Positions 52,506-64,000 of a stretch of DNA of 64,000 bases are shown one piece after another. Made by a program: the position numbers and the translations under genes. A model generated the notes under the pieces. That model worked only from the letters and a program-made list of their open reading frames with translations. It did no database searches and was not told the DNA's origin. This DNA is from Eledone cirrhosa (lineage: Eukaryota), in NCBI GenBank assembly GCA_964016885.1, contig OZ024743.1, positions 157,728,001 through 157,792,000 on the forward strand, read 5' to 3'. Position 1 is the stretch's first letter. Each line of letters starts with the position of its first letter.

Positions 52506-54934
52506 TGTAGTGACCTACATTCCGCGGGCTCACATACATTCTCTGTGCGTGATTTGGCTCAGCTCAGCCAATCAGCGCCAGTAGAAGAGGATGTATCCCT
52601 ACGCGTTCTGAGGGGGAAATAGCCCGCAAAGATTTGAGAAATCTAAGACTCGCAGCTGGACCATGCTAAGGTAAAACACGCTTGTTCTTTTGATCCGAAG
52701 CACAAACAATATGTAACGACAAATCATTACCTACGAGCCTGGCCAAACGCCTTCAGCCAGTCGCCCGTATTTTCTCTTGTAATTTTAATTAATTTGTTTC
52801 ATTTCTCTTGGCATGCCAGCCTAATTCACTTCTTAACCTTGGTTAATAAAGAATGTAAAAACAAGCTAAAGTCGTTGTCGATATTCCTATCATATCTTTC
52901 TACCAAACCTGGTTCCTCGTGGCAACATTACCAAATTCTAAATATACCTCCACCGAATTGGTTACAACAACATACCTGCTAAATTGGCGTCCCTCGACGA
53001 TTAAGTATGAAAACGCAGCCTATTTGAATTCGCCATTCGCTTTCAACGGCAATGTGGAGTGGCTTAACATTTGGAATGTTCGAATCGGGTAGCTAGACTC
53101 ACTTAGCGTAAGTCCATAAAATTAACAATATTCCATTTGTTGAAGCACGCGTCCTGCACAATATTTCTGTCATAACTTTCTTGGTAACACTAATGACTCA
53201 CGCATACAGACGAACAAAAAAATACGACACAAAAAACTATAAAAAAAAAGGATTTCTCTGGATATAGAATTTTGCTTTCAACATTCTGTGAAAATTACAA
53301 ATGGAGACTCAAAAATTTGTTTTTCCCGCGTGCAGCTTGTCTTCTCCAATCCCAGCCGTCTGATTGGCTGCATCGTGCCACATGACGGCTTCTTCATCAC
53401 AGGCGCATTTTTCAATCGGCCATCTTGCCGAATAATTTTCATGGAGAATAATTTTTTTTGTTGTTCGAATTTTCTTTCGAATATTTTTAGAAAAAGAATT
53501 AGCAGTATTTCAAAAACTTTTCGCCACGAGGAAATTTCAAAACGGCTACCACCAAGTACCAGCCATCAGCAGCAACACATGGCTAACTATTAACCAACAC
53601 CAGGAAACGGCTTGTAACTATACCGACGCAACTACCATACCTTCTGTCTCGTTACCACAAGGACTCGAGAAATTAAGACATTAGTTTTCTCACCATTATG
53701 GCGTCAGACGTGGCTGCCATGTTGGTGACTATAGGTTCTTCAACGCTAGACTTCGACTCTACAGAAGATTCATTGTGACTTTGCTTTAACAACAACTCTA
53801 CTAGCTTCCTAGAAAAAAGAAGCGAACTTTTTGTTAAAGGAAAAGAAACAATTCTTTCTTTCTTTTTTTTTTCAGGCATTTATTTTGGACATTTATTTTT
53901 TTTAAACTGTATTATATGAAAATTCATTTCTCTCTATCATTGTATATTGACCGCACGCACACATTTTCTTTGCTGTATTATATGGAACTGCAACCCACCT
54001 ACAGATTCAACTTGTTTTTTTTTTCTTTTCAAAGCAACCAGCCATTTTTTCCTGGCTCCCTAGCACATTCGGCAATACATCTGGGAGGCCAACATTTTCT
54101 CGCCTACCCATCTTCTTGCCGGCACTGGTAAACTACCATAATAGCTTCGTCCACAGCTACTGGTACAACACTTACCATTAACATTTAATGCAAGAAAAGT
54201 AACTTCGCCCATGTCAAACTTTATCTGTTTTCTGGTAGACCTTTGGTGGTCACGTATAAACTACAAAACAGCTAGTCATTTGACAGCGGCTCCACACGGC
54301 CCGTCGCACCTCATTTGTTTTTCTTGCATGCATCTTTCTGCTCCATTATTTTTCACTGATGTGCTCTTTCAGCATTTGTTCTTGCTGATTCAATAATCTG
54401 TGTGTCCTCCGCTTCATCGTTAACGATTTTCGGCTAAAAATCTGCTCGGAGGTGATGTAGTGACCTACATTCCGCGGGCTCACATACATTCTCTGTGCGT
54501 GATTTGGCTCAGCTCAGCCAATCAGCGCCAGTAGAAGAGGATGTATCCCTACGCGTTCTGAGGGAGAAATAGCCCGCAAAGATTTGAGAAATCTAAGACT
54601 CCCAGCTGGACCATGCTAAGGTAAAACACGCTTGTTCTTTTGATCCGTAAGCACAAACAATATGTAACGACAAAACATTACCTACGAGCCTGGCCAAACG
54701 CCTTCAGCCAGTCGCCCGTATTTTCTCTTGTAATCTTAATTGATTTGTTTCATTTCTCTTGGCATGCCAGCCTCATTCACTTCTTAATCTTGGTTAATAA
54801 AGAATGTAAAAACAAGCTAAAGTCGTTGTCGATATTCCTATCATATCTTTCTACCAAACCTGGTTCCTCGTGGCAACATTACCAAATTCTAAATATACCT
54901 CCACCGAATTGGTGACAACAACATACCTGCTAAA
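52506..54934 (+). mobile_element. Non-autonomous LTR retrotransposon (about 478-bp LTRs, 1.47-kb non-coding interior)
   Basis: Direct repeats 52506-52983/54456-54934 (about 9 differences by eye), start TGTAG, TSD AAAG 52502-52505/54935-54938. Confidence 0.92.
52985..52994 (+). promoter_or_regulatory. Primer-binding site, likely tRNA-Asn
   Basis: TGGCGTCCCT one base after the 5' LTR; complementary to the AGGGACGCCA 3' end of eukaryotic tRNA-Asn as recalled. Confidence 0.6.
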
Positions 54935-56299
54935 AAAGCTTTGCAATTGCCCTTTATGCGCTTTCCCCACTGAGCCCTATTTAGAGCTATCTCCTCCCAG
55001 TTGTCTATATCAAATGCCAGCTCTTTGAGGTTGTTCTTGATGATGTCCTTGTACCCCATTTTCGATTTGTATTGAGGCCTTTTTCTCACCGTAAACAGTT
55101 GCTTTGGGATCCTGCTTTCTTTCGTCCAGACAATATGTCCTGTCCAGAGTATTTGAGGTGTTACATGAGACTCAATGCTTGGACATTCTGCTTTGATAAG
55201 GACATGGATGTCAGGAGTTCTGTGTCGCCACTTGATGTTGAATATGGGCCTTAAACATTTCTGCTGAAAGTGCTCAAGCAATTTTATGTGTTTACGGAAC
55301 AGCGTCCCGGTTTCGGTGGAGCATCAAAGAGCAGACAGAACACATGATCTATATGCACACAGTTTGGTATTTTGGTAATGTTTCGATTTGCCTAAACTCT
55401 CTTTTCAAATTTTCCGAAGGCAACAGAGGCCTTCTGGATGTACAGATGTATTTCAGCACCCAAGGAGTCATCATTTGAGACTGTGCTACCCATGTAAACA
55501 CATCTATCTACTACTCCCATGATATGGGGTTCAATATAAAGTTGTCCAGCAGCAAGGGTAAACATTAATTTGTAAGCCCAAATGGTGTACACGAGGATGA
55601 GAAACGGTCCATAATGTTTTGCATGTCAGCTTCTGTATGTGCTAGGAAATGAGCGCCGTCGCCGTAAAGAAGGTATCTGATCATAGCTTGAAAAGTCTTT
55701 GTCTTGGCATTAAACCTTCTTAGGTTGAAAATATTTCCAGTAGTTCTAGAAAATCTTTCCAGAAAAGAATGCCTCTGTCATAGTCATCGAAAGTATATGT
55801 GAGCAAGGCAGCAAAGATGTAGAAAAGCGTAGAAGCCGGAATATCACCTTGCTTTATTCCGTTGTCAATGGGATTTCCCCAGAATGTTGACCATTGAAGG
55901 TAACTTGAGCTTTCATATTTGTGTGTAACTGCTTAAGCATACTCACAAACTTGGGTGGACATCCTACTTATCTAAGTATTATCCAGAGTGCATCTCTGTT
56001 AACTGTGTCAAAAGCCTTTGTTACGTCGACGATGACTTGATATAGGGGGACACACTTTTCTTGTATTTGTCTAACAGAGAAAATCATGTCAACTGTTCCC
56101 CTTCTTCCTCTAAAACCACTCAGTAATTCTGTGATAGCTATAGGACAGATATCCTCCTCCAGTCTGTTGAGCAAAAGTCTAGCGAGAACCTTGCCAACAG
56201 CTTCCAACACAGTGGTACCACGGTAGTTTCTATATATCGATGTATGTATATACATATATATATACACACATAAACACATACACGCACATATACATACAC

Positions 56300-56397
56300 A
56301 CATACACATACATACATACATACATACATACATACATACATACATACATACATACATACATACATACATACATACATACATACATACATACATACAT
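56300..56397. repeat. (CATA)n tetranucleotide microsatellite
   Basis: Seen directly. Confidence 0.98.
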
Positions 56398-59300
56398 CAA
56401 CAACAAAATTAAGTAAGTACCGAAGACGAATAACAAGGAAGGTAAACAAACTTTATTCAGTTGTAGCTACAGAAGAAACCGAAATTATAAATCGCATTTC
56501 TCTTGGAGTTGCGAATTTAATGATGATTTATTTAATTGTTATAAAATGACAAAAAACAATCCCTCCATTGGCTATATGAACAGAATGAAGCTACACTGGG
56601 ACGAAATACACCCAGAGCTAAATTATTTCACAGCGAAACAATTACGCCAACAAGCGACGTTTGTTAAACGTAAAAATAAGATAAATATTATTAATTGTAA
56701 GTCCCCCACAACAAACATGCTATCAACAATACGTGCTACAGGTCGCCATGCTACTAGACTTCTTAGCAGCCAGCTCGAACAGCGCCTTGAAACAACTGTT
56801 CCTGTAAGAAACTTGACACCACAAGTACCATCTAAGTCTACCGCGAATGTTGGGGAAAATACTATCGATAATAATAATAATCGAAGAAATAATAATAATA
56901 AGCGAAGAAATTTGACAACACGTGTACCATCCGAGTCTACCTCGACTATTGTGGAAAATACTATCGATAATGATAATCAAAAGTATAAACAATTGAAATT
57001 TTCCCTCAACGAAATCTTCCAGAGAGAAATTAATTCATGTATAAATATCTCTCTTGTTGAACGTATTAAAACGACAATGTTTAATAAAAAACTAAATAAT
57101 GAAATATTACGTGTTATTGACGAAATAGGGGATGAATATTTACGATGGATAAAAACCCCAACATTTTGGCAAATCAACGCCTGTTTATATGCCTCAGCAA
57201 CGACAGTGAAGCATTATCTTGGTGATAGCAGAGATATTAACAAGAACAGAACACCACCAAAAATACCATCATATATAACTAAAATAGAAAAAAAGAGTGC
57301 TGACCTACGAAAAAATATAGGATATGTGTCAATACTCCTTACATGCAAACAAACACAAAAAAACCTCACTCCTCACCAACAAAGAGTGAAAAATAAAATA
57401 GAGACGATGTTTGGTAACAGTACAACCAGAACTCTCCAATATAAGCTGAGCTGATCACCTTCAAACAAGAATTGAGAGCTGTTAGCGAAAAGCGCCGATA
57501 CCTGAAGAAGGTAGATGAGAGAAAGGTGATTAATAAAAGATTCAGACGAAACCAAACATCAGTCTATAGAGATATGAAGGGCAAAATAATAAGTGTCACT
57601 GAGGCCCCATCAAAGAAAGACATAGATTCCTTTTGGAGCAAAATATGGGGTGAAAAGAAAAATTTCAACCAAGATGCAGTGTGGCTAAGAGAAATCCGAA
57701 ATAACTATTGCTCCTACACTACAACAAAAACATACGAAATAAGTGACAGACTGTGATAGGAAAACTCCAAGATAAGAAAACACCAGGAAGAGACATGATT
57801 GTCGGCTACTGGTACAACTGATATTTTATCGGAGGTATCTTACTGACCTCTACCAACAAGTTCTTAAAGGAGATACACTTATACCAGAATGCTTGACATT
57901 ACTGGTCCCCAAAAACAAATACACCCACTTGGCAAAAAACTACCGACCCATTGCATGCCAGAACCTGATGTATAAGATGTATACAGCCTGCCTGAATCTA
58001 TTCCTCCAAGATCACTGTGAAAATAATAACATCATCACAGATGAACAAGCAGCTGAAACTAAAGGTGTTTGGGGATGTGCTGAAAAACTCCTAATCAGCA
58101 AAACTGCGATGTCGGAAGTGCCACAACTTAGGAGGAATATGGCTACAGTCTGGCTGGACTACAGGAAAGCTTTCGATTCTGTTCCCCACTCTTGGATGAT
58201 AGAGGCCCTCTGACTTGCTAAAGTCCCAGACATTATTGTCAGAGCCATAGAGAAGCTGTCTTCTTGGGCTACTATCCTAAGGTTAAAGACAGAGAGGGGG
58301 GACTCTATTTTCACTGATAAAATAAAATATTGCAGGGGTTTATTTCAGGGGGACAGTCTCTTTGTGATATTATTCATCTTGTCATTAAACCCCTTGTCCT
58401 TTCTGCTCAAGAAATGTGAAGGATAAATCATTGGCTCACAGGAGGACAGAAATACGAACCTAACCCATAATTTCTTTGTGGACGATCTGAAACTCTATGC
58501 CAAGAACATGGATGGGATGAAGAATATTCTTGACTTGGTTACAACGTTCTCAAAGGATATAGGAATGGATTTGGCCAAGATAAATGCTCATACATGACTG
58601 TAAAGCGGGGAAAAACAACAACCCAATCTAGCACCATTGTCATCAATAGCCTAACTGTTTCACCGATATCTGATGAGGACTGCTACAGATACCTGGAGAT
58701 AGATGAGAACATATCCTATAATGGTGTCTGTAATAAATAACGCGTAATCAGGGAATACTACACCCGATTAAGAAAGATCTGGTTATCGGAATTCTCTGCG
58801 CAAAACAAAACAGTAGCCCACAATGTGTTTGCTGTGGTTGTCCTAACACCAACGTTTCGAATACTCAATTGGTCGATAGACGAAATCCGAACAGTTGATG
58901 TTGGAACTCGAAAAATACTAAACAACACAGGAAACTTCCACATCAACAGTGACATAGACCGCCTTTACTTGAAATGTAAGCAGAGAGGCAGTGGCGTAAT
59001 ATAAGTCCAGACAACATTTGAATGTCGCATCATATCTCTCCGACAACATCTACGAACCTCGAAGCGTAGGAGCCTGTTTCTCGAGCAAGTCTATCTGCAT
59101 GAAACAGATAAGATCATGAGAGTTGGAAAGGAACTCCTCGAGAGATATTCCCTGTGTGATAATCAAAAATTCACACCCAGGGATGTCGCTCAGCAGTATC
59201 GCAGTGAATCCATGGATGAAAAACTGCATGCTTATCAGCAAAAACTCATGCATGGATATGTTGCCAGGAAGCTCCAGAGTGAGAGTAATATAGATAAGGA

Positions 59301-60260
59301 AAGTAGTCTATCTTGGACCAACAACCGCTATATTGGCTCCCACTTTGAAGGATACGCTTTTGCAATCCAAGAACAGGAGATTAACACGAAATACCTGATT
59401 CACAAAAGAGATAGGGATGCAGGCAAAAACCTTAGAAGTGATAACAAGTGCAGACTCTGCAGAACTAACATCGAGGATATCACCCATGTCATCAGCAGCT
59501 GTCCAAAGATGTCATCGCGGTACTATCTACCTATGAGGCATGATGTAGTGGCCAAAACACTGTACAATGCAGTTCGTAAAAAAGATAGACCCGATAATAA
59601 ACACATTAAAAGCTACAGCAATGTGGAAAACATCCATGTACATAATATGAAAGAGAACTGTTGGAATGTTCCAGTAAAAACCCCAATAAAATGCAGGCAT
59701 AACAGGCCAAATATTATGATATAGGGCAGCGAGGAGAAAGCATTCACAGTAGTGGAAATTAGCTGCCCAGGAGATGCCAATATAATATCAAAGTTTAGTG
59801 AAAAGGAGAATATTTATGCAGAACTGATGAGAAATCTGCAGATACTCCACCCTGATTACACCTTCAGATTTATGCCTGTTTATTGGGGCACTGGGGTATG
59901 TTAGTAACTGCTTGGCTAGAAGCTTGGCTTCACAGGAACAGAAAGAACACAACTAGTTAGGAAATTACAAATACAATCCATTAATGGAACAGTAAAAATA
60001 TGTAAAACATTCCAAAAATGTTGCATCTAATAACTGCATATACACATGTACAGATGCAAAGCATATACACATGCACACATACAACTCAAAACATACACAT
60101 TCACACATACAATAACATCCATATCTACATATGCATGTATACATACATATCTACCTAGTTGATATTGTATAAATTCTAATGAGAGAGTCTTGTATCTGTG
60201 TTAGAAACCGACTCTCTCTCTCTATTGGTAAAACTTTGTGAAATTATAAAACCAGAAGAA
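56398..60260 (+). mobile_element. Near-full-length R4/Dong-clade RLE non-LTR retrotransposon, decayed
   Basis: GYMNRMKLHW..KQLRQQA N-terminus; NYRPIAC, LDYRKAFDSVPHSW, GLFQGDSL, FFVDDLKLY; CRLC..EDITHVISSC; RHDVVAK, RPNI, VVEISCP. Confidence 0.93.
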
Positions 60261-60619
60261 TATACATACGTACATACATGGATAGAGAATATGAGGACGA
60301 GGAAAGCAACTCTCTTATCATAATTAATAGATAATATTCTCCTGTTTGACTAACTGAAACGTATTTTTCCTTTTGGGATGATATTGACAGTCATCGCTTT
60401 TAATCCTATATGATAAATAATATCAATAAATTATTTACTAATATGGCTTCAAACTCACATGATTACCTATCTGACACTTCACACTAATAAAATACCAGGC
60501 AGGTACATATCATGACGGACAATGCGACTTTTAGTAATCCGGATTTTGGTCTGCTTCAAACTTTACTGTTGCTTGAATTGTTGCAACATTGATATAGCCA
60601 TTAATCATTTCTACTACAC

Positions 60620-61560
60620 TGCCACCATAGAAATGGTCCCTGAAACTGCTAGAAATAGCAGCCAAATATCCCTCAAAGCACACCATGTGATCTTGATACA
60701 AGAAAAACTAATTAGAGACCGAATGGCCATAGCTGGAATACGCTTGACCGCACGTCAGCACGATCAGAGCCGACATATACTCCCCCATTAAGCAGGAATG
60801 GCAACTATGCCATCACCACGTACCAGCGCGGAAGTCTCTACGTGGTTAATTGGCATGCTAGAAATAGCAGCTGAATTGTCTCAAATTACATCCAATTGTC
60901 ATAAAAAGATAATGTAATCATACATAATTTTAAAATGATGGTATTATAACATCTGAAGTGCTTTTGATCATAGGTCTGCTGAAACAGGGCCGACTTGCGG
61001 CTTAACAACAACATTTGACTTAATGTTCATGTGTCACTCGATATATTAGGAAGAGCGTTCAATTTATGCACAAATCTCATCAAACTTTCTTTACGGATAA
61101 AAAAAACACTAGATCACGGCTTAAACACCATTCATCATAGCTTTCTTCAATCAGAGCACACCTAGGGCTAAACAACAACAGCACCAACTCTAAGCAATGA
61201 CTAAATTAGAAGTAAATATTAATTGACTTGTAATTTAGGCACAAGGCAAGTATTTTGTTAGGAGAGAAGAGACAAATATATCGAGCCCAGTAATTTACTC
61301 GTACTATATTTTATCGAACCTGAAAAGATGAAAGGCAAAGTTGACCTCTTTTGTATTTGAGCTCAAAACGTAGTGTCGAAGCTAAGTGCTAGTGTCTTCA
61401 CCACTACTAAAAATGCCACTAAAAACCAGCAACAGCACCATTATGGTTGCTCAACCAACAAGAAATAGCAGTCAAATATCCCTCATATCACGCCATATAA
61501 TGTTAAAAAGAAAGACATCGGCCAATGTAGGGAAAGTTGACGGGTGTTGACAGCTGAAAT
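60620..61560 (-). repeat. Old SINE-like repeat cluster (same units as 45665-46690) plus decayed family A SINE near 61230-61390
   Basis: Recurrent TGCTAGAAATAGCAGCCAAATATCCCTCAAA and TTTGATCATAGGTCTGCT blocks. Confidence 0.55.
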
Positions 61561-61946
61561 CTTTTTCATAATATATCCACTCGATCAGGGTTAAACGGTA
61601 ACAACAGCAGTGAATATCACAAAACAGTAAGAAACTTTTACGAGTCGCTCGACATATTAGAAATAGAAACCAAACCGCATTCAAATGACAAAGAAATCTC
61701 ACCATACTGTCTTAATAAAAAGAAGAATATGTGGGATAATATAATTCTAAATACAGACCTGCCAACCTCTAAAAGCCCAAACGTACCATGAAAAAGAATG
61801 CCCCAAAACAGGGAGAAATGGGGCAAAATGGGTAGATTTTATATAATGAAAGCTATTCGAATTGTCACAAAGCGTGTGTGTGTGGGGGGGGGGGTATCTT
61901 CCCGTCGAACGGGGAGAGTTGACAGGTTTGTAAATACACAAATAAT

Positions 61947-62039
61947 TGTTTCTACGTTAGGCACAAGGCCAGCAATTACCCAGTGTATTACTGGTACTTT
62001 ATTTTATCGACCCCGTAAGGATGAAAGTCAAAATTAACC
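61947..62039 (-). mobile_element. 5'-truncated SINE (family A)
   Basis: TSD TTTGTAAATACACAAATAAT 61927-61946/62040-62059. Confidence 0.92.
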
Positions 62040-62635
62040 TTTGTAAATACACAAATAATGACAGAGAGTTCTGTATCATAGGTCTTCTTGATCAGTGCTA
62101 ACTTGGAGCAAAACAAATATAAACACCAACTGCCACTACAAAAATCGTGCACTAACGATCACTACTACTACCACTACTACAACACAAACATAACCTCAAC
62201 CACGATAACTATTCTAAGAATTATAACAAGATCAACAATAACAATACCAGACACAATTTATAATAATCATACACCCAAGAGACAATCTGACCACTGTTTC
62301 GTTTCATTGTTTATTCTCTGAACTGTTCAGTGCTCTCAATGTCTCTGCTCTCACAAACCAATTAATTGTGTTACCCATGTATATTATAGAGTTCTGAAGT
62401 TAACGTTAACTGTAGTTTTCTATCTTATTTTTCAAACAATTACACTTCCATCATTTTTCTTTCAAAATGACAAATACGTATATGCACATTTGCACATGTG
62501 TATTTCTTTGTATGCAACCACGTCTGAATTTTCATATATAATCATATTGATTAATTTAAGAGTAACAGGCCTTATACAGATATGCATATATACAGACACA
62601 CACAGACATACAAACACACACACACACGCACGCAG

Positions 62636-62671
<36 letters not shown>

Positions 62672-63449
62672 TTACAGATATATTCTTCTTTCTTTTGTTT
62701 GTACACAAATTCATGGATTGTGCGTGTGTGAGTGTGTGTGTGCGTGTGTGAGTGTGTGTGTGCGTGTGTGAGTGTGTGTGTGTGCGTGTGTGAATGTGTG
62801 TGTGCGTGTGTGAGTGTGTGTGTATGTGTGTGTGTGTGTGTGCCTGTGCGTATGCTGTATGCTTGTGTGCGTTAGAAGTAATAATCATCAAGTGGTGAAA
62901 TATCTCTATATCGGTCGAAGAGTTATATAGTTACTTAACAAAATTAGTTAAGGGTACCGGCTGGTTCCAAATTTGGATCAGAAGTTAACGCGAATTACAT
63001 TTTGATATATATATATCAAAATAAATTAACGGAGTCATAAAGTCGCGTTGGTCCCTGTAATTTATGAGCTCAAAGGAAACAGAATCCTGGCATCTTCAAA
63101 TATAATATATAGAAAAGATAATACACGAGAGAGTGTATTATCAATTACATATCATACAATTTATATCCATATGTGTGTGTGTATGTGTGCATGCATGTGT
63201 GTAAGCGTGCGTGTGTGTGAAAACATGTATGTGTATATATACATATATATATATGTTTGTATATATATGTGTGTGTATATACACACACTTATGTATATAT
63301 ATATGAATATATATATATGCGTATATATGGGTGTGTGTGTGTGTGTATGAAGACGCCTGCATGAGTAAATGTGTGTATATATACATACATACATATGTGT
63401 GTGTGTGTGTGCGCGTATGTGTAGGTATGTGCGCGTAGATAAACGTGGA

Positions 63450-63495
<46 letters not shown>

Positions 63496-63659
63496 ATGTA
63501 TTTGTGTGTATATATACACATATATATAGGTGTGTGCACGTATGTGTGTGTATGTATGTGTGTATGTAATACCAATGATCGTTGGCAAATCACTGATGAG
63601 GGACTAATTTTATAATATGTAATCCATGTGCAACCATGCAGTATTCTTCTACCCATATT

Positions 63660-63715
<56 letters not shown>

Positions 63716-64000
63716 TTAAGGTAAATATTGATGCAATTCAATTCAAGCACTCAACGTACTTATTCCACATAGGAGTGGCGGAGTATATATCGAATAAGAA
63801 AAGGCGAAGTAGTTTCAGATATTAAAGTCCTTTAATGATAATGCTGTGATACATATTTCAATGGCGACAGCTCTGGCGAACATATCTGTAACATAGATCC
63901 CCCTTTCAAAACTTCTTACTTAAACATCTCCCTACGTATTAGTTAGTATAGCTGCATATATTTTTTTACTCACTTCCATCTGGATTCTCACTTGTAATTT

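Larger units (their letters stand above)
52075..56230 (-). mobile_element. 5'-truncated RTE/BovB-like LINE interrupted by an LTR element
   Basis: NYRG...GFRGRRGTVDMIF...VDVTKAFDTVNR, LEHFQQKCLR, LWTGHI, C-terminal fingers; GNCKA|FEEC restored by removing the insert. Confidence 0.92.

Noticed and set aside
60176-60222. HHR- or SECIS-like motif in the R4 3' UTR (CTAATGA...GAAACC)
   Set aside because: Pairing GAGAGTC/GACTCTC spans the GAAA, fitting neither fold; ORF stops look like ordinary decay.
63587-63625. CTGATGAG motif
   Set aside because: No downstream GAAA or stems.

Overview
AT-rich, microsatellite-dense eukaryotic DNA, almost entirely transposable elements; I can support no host gene. 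The SINE and repeat families look like octopod cephalopod repeats (inference from recalled repeat motifs). Contents: (i) a dense cluster of Penelope-like elements (PLEs), including one near-full-length Naiad-type RT+GIY-YIG element (33803-40908), four 5'-truncated Naiad-type copies, one Neptune-type fragment and several non-coding relatives, nearly all abutting (TA)n and most carrying inverted terminal copies; (ii) about 18 hammerhead-ribozyme (HHR)-like motifs, some with non-canonical cores or very long domain II; (iii) R4-clade RLE LINEs, RTE LINEs, a Chapaev3-like DNA transposon, hAT and Helitron relics, and a non-coding LTR element; (iv) about ten young tRNA-derived SINE copies whose target duplications nearly all begin ATTAT. 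Best leads: two independent insertions that fold back exactly at the stem II hairpin of their own hammerhead, 320-nt and 700-nt non-coding retrozyme-like families, family-fixed U4-variant hammerheads, and one 16-bp site hit three times by different SINEs. All coordinates, folds and family assignments were read by eye and need computational confirmation.
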